Source: a virus (Duplodnaviria; Caudoviricetes). Taken from it: a stretch of DNA of 59,509 nt. A program made the position numbers and the translations under genes. The notes below the pieces were generated by a model that did not search any database, was not told where the DNA came from, and was given only the letters and a program-made list of their open reading frames with translations. The stretch covers positions 1 to 59,509 of the IMG/VR virus record IMGVR_UViG_3300030433_000856. One strand, 5' to 3'. This document shows, piece after piece, positions 1 through 8,093 of this stretch (positions are counted from its first letter, which is position 1; each line of letters opens with the position of its first letter).

Positions 1-153
1 ATAGTTGAGCAACGCAAAAAGTATTTTATGGATAAAACTACTGACCAAATGAAAGCAGTTGACAATGATGTTCTAAGGGAACAACGACCAGAGATGCCAA
101 TAAATGTAGATAGGCAATCTCGTGTTACTTTTGGTGGTGGTCGCAAATCTTAA
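1..153 (+). CDS. 3' fragment of conserved head-associated protein (allele A of 57233-57697)
   Basis: Frame 1 reads IVEQRKKYFMDKTTDQMKAVDNDVLREQRPEMPINVDRQSRVTFGGGRKS*, nearly identical to the C-terminus of 57233-57697. Confidence 0.9.
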   Translation: MVEQRKKYFMDKTTDQMKAVDNDVLREQRPEMPINVDRQSRVTFGGGRKS

Positions 154-198
154 TTTGTTACCACTTTATTTTGAACAGCCCTAATAAGGAGATATTTT

Positions 199-789
199 AT
201 GGCGAATGTAAGTGAAAAATTTGGTCTTAGACCTTATAAGAATCTTAATGGTGCGTCTTGGAATAATGCTCAAAATAGATATACCATAGCTTCTAATTAC
301 GGAACTGCTATTTTCCAAGGTGATTTAGTGATACCTCATACTGATGGTACTATTAGAAGACACACAGCTGGAAACGCAACTCCTGTACTTGGTGTATTTA
401 ATGGAGTGTTTTACACAGACCCAACCACTAAGAAACCAACTTTTAGTAATTACTATCCAGGTAGCATAGTTGCATCTGATATAGTTGCTAATGTTATAGA
501 CGACCCAAGCACATTATTTTTAGTTGATGCTGACGCAGCTTTTACTAGAGATGACTGTTTTATGAATTACTCAGTAACAAATGTTAGTGGTAATACAGAC
601 ACAGGTATTTCAAAAGTACAACTAGATGTAAGTGAAACTAGTAGCTCATTTACTTTTGCATTAATGGCAGTAGACATCTGTCAAGATGTTAACAACGAAG
701 ACACAACAACTGCAAATGCAAATATAATTGTGCGTATCAATAACCACTTTTATCAGCCTAATAATCAAGCTGATACTGGTAAGAATTAA
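199..789 (+). CDS. Putative minor capsid/cement protein (allele A)
   Basis: Directly upstream of MCP, beta-rich 196 aa, SD GAGGAG; homologue at 57750. Confidence 0.65.
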   Translation: MANVSEKFGLRPYKNLNGASWNNAQNRYTIASNYGTAIFQGDLVIPHTDGTIRRHTAGNATPVLGVFNGVFYTDPTTKKPTFSNYYPGSIVASDIVANVIDDPSTLFLVDADAAFTRDDCFMNYSVTNVSGNTDTGISKVQLDVSETSSSFTFALMAVDICQDVNNEDTTTANANIIVRINNHFYQPNNQADTGKN

Positions 790-799
790 GGAGTAAATT

Positions 800-1711
800 A
801 TGGCAATATCTAGAAGTCAATTAGTGAAAGAGTTAGAGCCAGGTTTAAATGCCTTGTTCGGACTAGAGTATAATCGTTACGAAAATGAACACGCAGAAAT
901 TTTTGTAACTGAAACCTCTGACAGAGCTTTTGAAGAAGAAGTAATGTTAAGTGGTTTTGGTTCAGCTCCAGTAAAGTCAGAAGGTGCAAATGTAACTTTT
1001 GACCAAGCTACTGAATCATTTACAGCTAGATACACACACGAAACTATCGCAATGGCTTTTGCAATTACTGAAGAAGCTATTGAAGATAATTTGTATGATA
1101 GACTAGCTGGTAGATACACAAGAGCTTTAGCTAGAAGTATGGCAAATACTAAACAAGTTAAATCTGCTAATGTTCTTAACAATGCTTTCAACAGCAGTTT
1201 TACTGGTGGAGATGGTGTGGAGCTTTGCTCTACTTCTCATCCATTGGCGAGTGGAGGTGTATTAGCTAATACATTAAGCACCGCTGCTGATTTAAGCGAA
1301 ACATCATTGGAACAGTCATTAATAGACATCGCTGCATTCATTGATGAGAGAGGTTTGAAGATTGCTCTTCAAGGTGTGAAGTTAATAATTCCTAAGGAGT
1401 TACAATTCACAGCAGAGAGAATTATGAAGTCTCCTCAAAGAGTGGGTACTGCTGACAATGACATTAATGCTTTAGCCAATATGGGGATGATACCTCAAGG
1501 CTATAGAGTTAATCATTATCTTACAGATACCGATGCTTTTTTTATTATGACTGATGCTCCTAATGGATTAAAGATGTTCGTTAGAAGCCCAATTAAAACT
1601 GCAATCGAAGGGGACTTTGATACTGGTAATGTTAGATTTAAAGCAAGAGAGAGATACTCTTTTGGTTTTTCTGACCCAAGAGGTATTTTTGGTTCTCCAG
1701 GTGCAGCATAA
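800..1711 (+). CDS. Major capsid protein, Mu gpT-like HK97 fold (allele A)
   Basis: MAISRSQLVKELEPGLNALFGLEY...KARERYSFGFSDPRG is typical of uvMED/pelagiphage MCPs; SD AAGGAG; followed by a terminator. Confidence 0.92.
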   Translation: MAISRSQLVKELEPGLNALFGLEYNRYENEHAEIFVTETSDRAFEEEVMLSGFGSAPVKSEGANVTFDQATESFTARYTHETIAMAFAITEEAIEDNLYDRLAGRYTRALARSMANTKQVKSANVLNNAFNSSFTGGDGVELCSTSHPLASGGVLANTLSTAADLSETSLEQSLIDIAAFIDERGLKIALQGVKLIIPKELQFTAERIMKSPQRVGTADNDINALANMGMIPQGYRVNHYLTDTDAFFIMTDAPNGLKMFVRSPIKTAIEGDFDTGNVRFKARERYSFGFSDPRGIFGSPGAA

Positions 1712-1730
1712 ATTCATAGATAAATCTCTA

Positions 1731-1761
1731 AAGGAGGGGGGAGTTATTCCCCCCTTTTTTA
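1731..1761. terminator. Intrinsic terminator between convergent units
   Basis: G6/C6 stem (GGGGGGAGTTATTCCCCCC) followed by a T run. Confidence 0.85.
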
Positions 1762-1896
1762 TTCGTCTTCTTTTTTTGCTCTAGCATTATCGTATTCAAG
1801 AATCATATTACGAATAAACCCAGAGTGTTTATCGACCATATTTTCATCGTAGGTCTTTTCCCACATTTCAATTATTTCTTTTAAAGTGAATTTCAT
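1759..1896 (-). CDS. Small hypothetical protein, 45 aa (not in ORF track)
   Basis: MKFTLKEIIEMWEKTYDENMVDKHSGFIRNMILEYDNARAKKEDE; SD AGGAGG; reading frame conserved in the 59308-59448 allele. Confidence 0.85.
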   Translation of the reverse strand: MKFTLKEIIEMWEKTYDENMVDKHSGFIRNMILEYDNARAKKEDE

Positions 1897-1906
1897 TTTA
1901 TTCCTC

Positions 1907-2212
1907 CTAAAGTTTTACGACTTGATAAATTTTCTTAGTCTTAGGTTTAACTATTAAATAGTTTTCAATAGCCATTCTTGCTCTAACACCTTTACCTATA
2001 AAAATAGCTCTTGGTAAATAATTCTTTGAAGCATATTTCAAACCAGCTTTTAATTCTCTATCTTCATATTGTGGTAATACTTTTTTTAACTTATAAAATG
2101 TATTGTTACCTTTTTCTATAAATGGTTTTATATCTAAAGCTACTCTTTCTTTAAATGCTTTAGTTAACTTCATGGTTCGTTGTTTGTCGTTTATAAACAT
2201 GTTTACCTCCAC
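1907..2212 (-). CDS. Hypothetical basic protein (start probably 2200)
   Basis: Part of the leftward operon; GGAGG precedes the second Met. Confidence 0.75.
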   Translation of the reverse strand: MEVNMFINDKQRTMKLTKAFKERVALDIKPFIEKGNNTFYKLKKVLPQYEDRELKAGLKYASKNYLPRAIFIGKGVRARMAIENYLIVKPKTKKIYQVVKL

Positions 2213-2478
2213 TTCTTTATAAATTTTTCTAACTGTCTTTTTTCTCTCTTGATGGTTTTGTATTCTACATCCCCTTCTTCATAACCAAAGGTATCTTCTA
2301 AATTTTCATTAGCCATATCCAACCTGTTCTTGGCTTCAGCTATAATAATATCTTTAGTGTAGTAGCCTAACATACCTTCAAATGAACCATCATGAAATCC
2401 ACATTCATGGTCAACTTCTTGTAATTGATTTACTAACTCATCTACTTTCATTGCGTCTTTTAATACTTCTTTTAACAT
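2203..2478 (-). CDS. Hypothetical protein, first gene of a leftward early cassette
   Basis: AACAAAGGAG leader and a consensus promoter upstream. Confidence 0.8.
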   Translation of the reverse strand: MLKEVLKDAMKVDELVNQLQEVDHECGFHDGSFEGMLGYYTKDIIIAEAKNRLDMANENLEDTFGYEEGDVEYKTIKREKRQLEKFIKKWR

Positions 2479-2504
2479 ATTTAACTCCTTTGTTGTTATA
2501 TACT

Positions 2505-2532
2505 ATTATAGCATACTGACCATTAAAGTCAA
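2505..2532 (-). promoter_or_regulatory. Strong sigma70-type promoter
   Basis: TTGACT-16-TATAAT with extended -10 TG. Confidence 0.8.
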
Positions 2533-2638
2533 AAAGCCTAGTTTTCTGCATATTTAAAAACTAAAAAAAAGTAAAAAGATGTGATATTTGATACCTAAAC
2601 CGAATCGATTCGTTATAATTTTAAGAATAAACTAAATC

Positions 2639-2670
2639 AAAAGAGGACTTACATAGTCCTCTTTTTTTTT
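2639..2670. terminator. Bidirectional terminator hairpin
   Basis: AAAAGAGGACT-TACAT-AGTCCTCTTTT followed by a T run. Confidence 0.85.
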
Positions 2671-2677
2671 GTATACT
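2649..2677 (+). promoter_or_regulatory. Putative promoter embedded in the terminator hairpin
   Basis: TTACAT-17-TATACT; predicted start about 2684, at the 5' edge of the structured RNA. Confidence 0.45.
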
Positions 2678-2683
2678 GTTATT

Positions 2684-2755
2684 ACCAAGAATTAATAACG
2701 GATATAGACTGGCTTGGCAGACAACCCTAGAGGACTATATCTACAACTAGGAGAT
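2684..2755 (+). ncRNA. Structured leader RNA with two potential pseudoknots (Mu-gpT-DE-like context)
   Basis: GATATAG(2701)/CTATATC(2735); CTG/CAG; CCAAG(2685)/CTTGG(2713); CCTAG(2726)/CTAGG(2747, overlaps the SD). Confidence 0.65.
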
Positions 2756-2759
2756 AATT

Positions 2760-3380
2760 ATGGGAACTACAACTTTTTCAGGTCCAGTCCGTTCTGAGAA
2801 CGGATTTCAAACTATAACAAAAAACGCAACCACTGGTGCAATCACTGTAACTAGTGGAGATAAGATGGCAGTGGAAGCTACTGGTGGTGCTGGTATTGAA
2901 GGCACTGCTGCGGTTTATGTTACACAAGTAAATAGATTAAAAAGCGATGTTACTACAAATGTTAATATTGTAGAAACTAAAATTATGATTGATTTGACTG
3001 GTCTTAAAGATGGAGGCACTGCTGGTGATATTATCGGTAAAGATGGATCTGGTGTTGCTTTTATTGGGCAAGTAACAACTGCAAACCAAGGAACTGTTTT
3101 TGGGGTAACGATGGCTTGTCTTGAAACACCTGCTGGTGGTAGCACAGATATTGATTTATTTTCGGCAACTGAAGGCACTGGTGTTAATGACACTGCAATC
3201 GGTGATCTTACTGAAACACAAATTATTAATGCTGGTGCAGCATCTGCTGGTACAGTAGTCGCTGGTGGTGATATAGCCGCTGACCAGTTTTTATATTTGG
3301 TAAGTCAAGGTACTGGCGATGCTACTTATACTGCTGGTAGATTTTTAATAACGATTACTGGTTTTGATGCAGCTAGTTAA
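2760..3380 (+). CDS. Putative virion/capsid decoration protein
   Basis: MGTTTFSGPVRSENGF N-terminus typical of post-MCP genes in this group; G/T/A-rich. Confidence 0.65.
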   Translation: MGTTTFSGPVRSENGFQTITKNATTGAITVTSGDKMAVEATGGAGIEGTAAVYVTQVNRLKSDVTTNVNIVETKIMIDLTGLKDGGTAGDIIGKDGSGVAFIGQVTTANQGTVFGVTMACLETPAGGSTDIDLFSATEGTGVNDTAIGDLTETQIINAGAASAGTVVAGGDIAADQFLYLVSQGTGDATYTAGRFLITITGFDAAS

Positions 3381-3392
3381 TAGGGGAATATT

Positions 3393-3701
3393 ATGAACTC
3401 AGATATAGGAGCAAAAACTTTAACTAGCACTGGAACTATTCAGTCTGGTCGAACAAGGTTGCTATCTATTTATTATGTGGGTCATGCGTCAGCAGGTAGT
3501 TTAACATTTAAAGATGGTGGTGGAAGTGGCACACAAAAACTTGTTATAGCTACACCAGCTTCAAGTGCTGCTGACCAATATCAAGTGGATATGCCTTTAG
3601 ATGGAATACTATTTAAAACTGATATGCACTTGACTATTAGCAATGTAACCTCTGTTACTGTTTTTGTAACACCGATTACTGCTGATACTGATAATGGATA
3701 G
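3393..3701 (+). CDS. Small virion structural protein
   Basis: Beta-rich 102 aa in the structural operon. Confidence 0.55.
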   Translation: MNSDIGAKTLTSTGTIQSGRTRLLSIYYVGHASAGSLTFKDGGGSGTQKLVIATPASSAADQYQVDMPLDGILFKTDMHLTISNVTSVTVFVTPITADTDNG

Positions 3702-4002
3702 TTATACGGAAGAATTACTTGGACTAAAGCGAGGTGGGATGCCACCTCGCAACAAGAAGTATTTTAGAAGCACAAAGTCTGGAGCTGGTATGACGAAAGC
3801 TGGTGTTGAAAAATATAGAAGAGATAATCCTGGTTCTAAATTAAAAACCGCAGTTACTAAAAAGAAAAACTTAACAAAAAAAGAGAAGGCTAGAAGAAAG
3901 TCATTTTGTGCTAGAAGTTTAGGACAGATGAAAAAATTTCCGAAAGCAGCTAAAAATCCTAATTCTAGATTACGACAAGCTAGAAGAAGATGGAGATGTT
4001 AA
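3694..4002 (+). CDS. Basic Cys-containing protein (ARRKSFCAR motif)
   Basis: K/R-rich; LKRGG near the N-terminus; ends WRC; motif common in marine phages. Confidence 0.75.
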   Translation: MDSYTEELLGLKRGGMPPRNKKYFRSTKSGAGMTKAGVEKYRRDNPGSKLKTAVTKKKNLTKKEKARRKSFCARSLGQMKKFPKAAKNPNSRLRQARRRWRC

Positions 4003-4461
4003 ATGAAATTATCTGATAATTTTAGTTTGCACGAATTTACTAAATCTCAAACTGCAATAAGACATAACATAGATAATACACCAACAGAAAAACAAATATT
4101 TAATTTAAGAAATTTGTGTGTACATGTATTACAACCAGTTCGTAATAATTTTTTGCAACCAGTAATAATTTCATCTGGTTTTAGATGTGCAGAGTTAAAT
4201 ATTAAAATTGGTGGTAGTATTAAATCACAACATGTGCAAGGTCAAGCAGCAGATATTGAGGTAGTTGGAGTAGATAATTCTCATTTATCTAGTTACATAA
4301 AAGATAATTTAAAATTTGACCAATTAATTTTAGAATTTTATGATGGGGTAGATCCACACTCTGGATGGGTGCATGTATCGTATAGTACAGAAAACAATAG
4401 ATTAAAATACATGGAGGCTTATAAAAACGAAGAAGGCAAAACAAAATATAGAGTTAAATAA
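4003..4461 (+). CDS. Peptidase M15 family endolysin
   Basis: SSGFR...SQH...AADI...WVHVS zinc peptidase motifs. Confidence 0.9.
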   Translation: MKLSDNFSLHEFTKSQTAIRHNIDNTPTEKQIFNLRNLCVHVLQPVRNNFLQPVIISSGFRCAELNIKIGGSIKSQHVQGQAADIEVVGVDNSHLSSYIKDNLKFDQLILEFYDGVDPHSGWVHVSYSTENNRLKYMEAYKNEEGKTKYRVK

Positions 4462-4620
4462 ATGCCCATAGGTAGAAGTCAAATGAGACAACAAGTTTCT
4501 AAACCACCACAGAAAAAAAAGTGGTCGATGAAACGCAAGAAAAAAATTAACTGTGCTAGACCAAAAGGGTTTAGTGAGAGAGCTTATTGTCAAGGTAAAA
4601 AGAAGAGACAACGCAAGTAG
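4462..4620 (+). CDS. Small basic protein, 52 aa (not in ORF track)
   Basis: MPIGRSQMRQQVSKPPQKKKWSMKRKKKINCARPKGFSERAYCQGKKKRQRK; abuts the endolysin stop. Confidence 0.8.
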   Translation: MPIGRSQMRQQVSKPPQKKKWSMKRKKKINCARPKGFSERAYCQGKKKRQRK

Positions 4621-4646
4621 ACAAGTAAGGTCTAGATTGGTATTAT
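4618..4646 (+). promoter_or_regulatory. Putative sigma70 promoter
   Basis: TAGACA-17-TATTAT. Confidence 0.55.
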
Positions 4647-4662
4647 AAGGAAAGGATAAAAA

Positions 4663-4938
4663 ATGACAAAATTATGCAAAAGAGGAAAAGAAGCAGCTAA
4701 AAGAAAATTTAAAGTTTATCCAAGTGCCTATGCAAATGCCTATGCTTCAAAAATATGTGCTGGTAAAATAAAAGACCCTAGTGGTGTAAAAAGAAAAGAT
4801 TTTAAAGGACCAAAACCTGCAAAGACTGGAGCTTTAATTAGCACTTATGAAGGACATGAAGTAACAAAAAGTCCTTTACAAGGAGAGTATGGGATTAATA
4901 AAAGTGCACAACTGTATTATAAAGATTTACTTGGCTAA
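4663..4938 (+). CDS. Small basic protein (YPSAYAN motif)
   Basis: K-rich, two Cys, ends YYKDLLG. Confidence 0.75.
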   Translation: MTKLCKRGKEAAKRKFKVYPSAYANAYASKICAGKIKDPSGVKRKDFKGPKPAKTGALISTYEGHEVTKSPLQGEYGINKSAQLYYKDLLG

Positions 4939-5231
4939 TGGCAAAGAGTGGGTTAAAAAAATGGTTTGCCCAAAAGTGGGTAGACATAGGAAGTAAAAGA
5001 AAAGATGGTTCATTTGCACCTTGTGGAAGAAGTAAACAAAAAGCAGATGCGAAAAGAAAATATCCTAAATGTGTTCCTTTAGCAAAAGCTAGAAGAATGA
5101 CAGAAGGACAAAGAAAAAGTGCAGTGAGTAGAAAAAGAGCAAAAGCTCAAGGTGTTGGTGGTAAACCAACAAATGTTAAAACTTTTGCAGTCGAAGGTGG
5201 ACTAGCAGATTATTATAAAGGAATATTATGA
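4938..5231 (+). CDS. Small basic protein (GLKKWF..KWVDI motif)
   Basis: K/R-rich; PCGR and PKCVP; ends AVEGGLADYYKGIL. Confidence 0.75.
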   Translation: MAKSGLKKWFAQKWVDIGSKRKDGSFAPCGRSKQKADAKRKYPKCVPLAKARRMTEGQRKSAVSRKRAKAQGVGGKPTNVKTFAVEGGLADYYKGIL

Positions 5232-5896
5232 TGAGTGTACTAGATTATATAGATAAAGCTAAAAAGAAAATAAAAAAAACAAAGGAAGATGCAAAAAAAA
5301 GAGGGGAAAGAGAACGAAAAACTGGCTCTGGTCTATTAACTGGTACAGACCCTAAAAGAAAAACAACTTTAGCAAAAGGTATGAAAGATGGTGATACTGT
5401 AGTTGTAGATGGTAAAAGAATACCAGTGATCAAACCAGAAAGTGAATTTATTAAAAGAAAACCAACAAAAAAAGAAATGCAAGAAGATAGAGCTAAAAAT
5501 AGACCCTCTCGTAATATAACAGGCGACAGAGCTAAACAGAGAAAAAGAAAAAAATTAATAAGTGATACGTTAAAAGCAAGTAGAGCTGGTTTTGGTCTTG
5601 GTAGAAAGTTTGGAGTTGAAAAACCACAGCAACTAGGACCATTAGGACCTGGTGTTTTGACTGAAAGAGAACAGCAAAAAGCCTTAGAGGAATTAATAGG
5701 AAATAGCACAGGTGGTATGAAACTTTCTCCTAAAGCTGATTTAGATGGAGATGGTATGTTTAGTGAATACGAAAAGAAACGAGGTATGGCGATTCAAAAA
5801 GCTATGGCAGAAAATAGTAAACCAGTAAAGGTTGCTAAAGCAAGTCAAGGTGGTGGTATAGCTATTCGTGGAACTAAATTTAAAGGTGTATTTTAG
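5228..5896 (+). CDS. Basic low-complexity protein with EF-hand-like loop, putative internal protein
   Basis: K-rich; DLDGDGMFSEYE; ends GGGIAIRGTKFKGVF. Confidence 0.7.
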   Translation: MMSVLDYIDKAKKKIKKTKEDAKKRGERERKTGSGLLTGTDPKRKTTLAKGMKDGDTVVVDGKRIPVIKPESEFIKRKPTKKEMQEDRAKNRPSRNITGDRAKQRKRKKLISDTLKASRAGFGLGRKFGVEKPQQLGPLGPGVLTEREQQKALEELIGNSTGGMKLSPKADLDGDGMFSEYEKKRGMAIQKAMAENSKPVKVAKASQGGGIAIRGTKFKGVF

Positions 5897-5904
5897 GATA
5901 AACT

Positions 5905-6594
5905 ATGGCAACTTCTGGAACTACAGCATTTGATTTAGACATAGATGACATCATTGAAGAAGCATATGAAAGATGTGGTGTTCGTACTAACAGTGGTAAA
6001 GATTTAAAATCTGCTAGAAGAAGTTTAAATATATTATTTAGTGAATGGGGTAATAGAGGTGTACACTTATGGAAAGTAGAATTAAATGAGCAATTACTAA
6101 CAGCAGGTACTCCTACCTATACAGCACCAACAAATACTAATGATATATTAGAAGCCTACATTAGTACAACAACTGGTACAACAAGTTCTACTAATGATGT
6201 TTCTTTAACAAAAATAAGTAGAAGTGAATATGCTGCTTTACCTAACAAAGGTTCTCAAGGTCAACCAAGTCAATATTATGTTGACAGACAAACAACACCA
6301 ACTATTACTTTGTATCAAACACCAGATGCAAGTACCTACACTTATGTAAAATATTATTATTTAAAAAGGATAGAAGATGTCGGTTCATATACTAATCAAG
6401 CAGACGTGGTATTTCGATTTTTACCATGTATGGTCGCTGGTCTCGCATATTATTTAAGCATGAAAAAAAATCCACAATTAGTACAACAAAATAAATTGTT
6501 GTACGAAGATGAATTACAAAGAGCTTTAACAGAGGATGGACAAAGAACTTCTGTGTACATAACACCACAGAATTATTTTCCACAAGGTGCATAA
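5905..6594 (+). CDS. Head-tail adaptor/connector-type protein
   Basis: MATSGTTAFDLDIDDIIEEAYERCG family; position in the neck module. Confidence 0.65.
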   Translation: MATSGTTAFDLDIDDIIEEAYERCGVRTNSGKDLKSARRSLNILFSEWGNRGVHLWKVELNEQLLTAGTPTYTAPTNTNDILEAYISTTTGTTSSTNDVSLTKISRSEYAALPNKGSQGQPSQYYVDRQTTPTITLYQTPDASTYTYVKYYYLKRIEDVGSYTNQADVVFRFLPCMVAGLAYYLSMKKNPQLVQQNKLLYEDELQRALTEDGQRTSVYITPQNYFPQGA

Positions 6595-6975
6595 ATGCCT
6601 TATGCAAGAGGTAAATATGCAAAAGCAATATCGGATAGGTCTGGTATGGCATTTCCTTATAATGAGATGGTAAAAGAATGGAATGGCTCTTTAGTTCACA
6701 AATCAGAGTTTGAGGCAAAGCATCCTCAAATAAAAAGAAAACATATCAAAGGTGATGCTGTAGCTTTAGCTAATGCTAGACCAAGACCTAAAGATGATGA
6801 TAAACAATTCGTTTTATATGTAAGTAGTGGTTTTTTTGCACAGACAGGTGATGGTGGAATTAATAGTGGTGCTAATATGACAGTAGAAGATAGTAAAGAT
6901 ATTTTAGGAACTACACTAACATCATTTGAATTAACGAGTGCAGTAGGAACAAATTTTTCTGTGGTTATATCATGA
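6595..6975 (+). CDS. Conserved virion-associated protein
   Basis: ARGKYAKAISDRSG...KHPQ motif. Confidence 0.65.
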   Translation: MPYARGKYAKAISDRSGMAFPYNEMVKEWNGSLVHKSEFEAKHPQIKRKHIKGDAVALANARPRPKDDDKQFVLYVSSGFFAQTGDGGINSGANMTVEDSKDILGTTLTSFELTSAVGTNFSVVIS

Positions 6976-7619
6976 GTATTACACATGCAAACTTTTTAAC
7001 ACAAGTTAGAAATTACACAGAAGTAAGTTCTAATGTTTTATCAGATACTTTGTTAGACCAATTTATAAGAAATACAGAATTAGATATTGCAAACAAAGTA
7101 GACTACGATGATATAAGAGAGTATGTTACAGCAGTAACTGGTACTTTACGATACTTAAATGTACCAGATGATTGTTTAGTCATTCGTTCTGTTCAAATTA
7201 TAAATAATAATGTCAGAGACTTTTTAGAAAAAAGAGATACGTCTTTTATAGCAGAGTTTAATCCTAATGATTCTACTGGACAACCAAAATACTATGCTAA
7301 CTGGGATGATAAAAATTTAGTCTTTGCTCCTATACCAGATCAAGCATATGATATACAACTAAATTACATAAAAGATCCAGAGCATTTTAATTCTACAACT
7401 GATACTTTTTTATCGAAGCATCAAGAGGCTTTGTTATTACATGGTGTATTGACAGAATGTTTTAGTTATTTAAAAGGTCCTGTTGATATGTACAACTTAT
7501 ATAAAACAAAGTATAATGAAGAGATACAAGACTTTGCATTGCAACAAATGGGTCGAAGAAGAAGAGCCGAGTACGATGATGGTGTACCTAGAATACAAGT
7601 AGCTTCTCCTTCACCTTAA
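6972..7619 (+). CDS. Adaptor/tail tubular protein A-like
   Basis: GQPKYYA...APIPDQAY motif; neck module. Confidence 0.6.
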   Translation: MSITHANFLTQVRNYTEVSSNVLSDTLLDQFIRNTELDIANKVDYDDIREYVTAVTGTLRYLNVPDDCLVIRSVQIINNNVRDFLEKRDTSFIAEFNPNDSTGQPKYYANWDDKNLVFAPIPDQAYDIQLNYIKDPEHFNSTTDTFLSKHQEALLLHGVLTECFSYLKGPVDMYNLYKTKYNEEIQDFALQQMGRRRRAEYDDGVPRIQVASPSP

Positions 7620-7636
7620 TAACAAGGAGAAAAAAT

Positions 7637-8077
7637 ATGGCAATAACAACAAGTGCAGTGTGTAATGTTTTTAAGACAGATGTTTTAAAAGGAGTGCACA
7701 ATTTCACAGCAGCACCTACTGGAAACACTTTTAAATTAAGTATGTACACTAGCTCTGCTACTTTAGGAAAATCAACGACATCTTTTACATCCGATGCTCA
7801 AGTATCTTCACCATCTGGTTACACCAGTGGTGGAAAAGCCTTGGTTGCGGTAACACCTGTGTTAAGCAGTGATACAGCAGTAGTGGATTTTGCTGATTTA
7901 TCTTTTGTGGGTGTTTCACTTACTGCAAGAGGAGCTTTAATTTATAACGATTCTGCTAGTGGCGACCCAGCAGTCGCAGTTTTAGATTTTGGTGGAGATA
8001 AAACAGCTACCTCTGGAACTTTTACAATACAATTTCCTACTGCTAATTCATCAAGTGCTATTATAAGAATAGCTTAA
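7637..8077 (+). CDS. Tail structural protein
   Basis: ARGALIYN...AVLDFGGDKTA motif family. Confidence 0.65.
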   Translation: MAITTSAVCNVFKTDVLKGVHNFTAAPTGNTFKLSMYTSSATLGKSTTSFTSDAQVSSPSGYTSGGKALVAVTPVLSSDTAVVDFADLSFVGVSLTARGALIYNDSASGDPAVAVLDFGGDKTATSGTFTIQFPTANSSSAIIRIA

Positions 8078-8093
8078 ATAGGAGATTTGTTCA

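Larger units (their letters stand above)
1..1958 (+). repeat. Diverged copy (allele A) of the capsid module at 57545-59509
   Basis: Same gene order and homologous proteins, many synonymous differences; 1904-1958 is identical to 59455-59509. Confidence 0.95.

Noticed and set aside
199-1711. Diversity-generating retroelement TR/VR pair
   Set aside because: Differences are not adenine-specific and are mostly synonymous; no reverse transcriptase in the window.
1-1958. True direct terminal repeat of the virion DNA
   Set aside because: The copies are substantially diverged, whereas real terminal repeats are identical; only a k-mer-sized 55 nt matches exactly.
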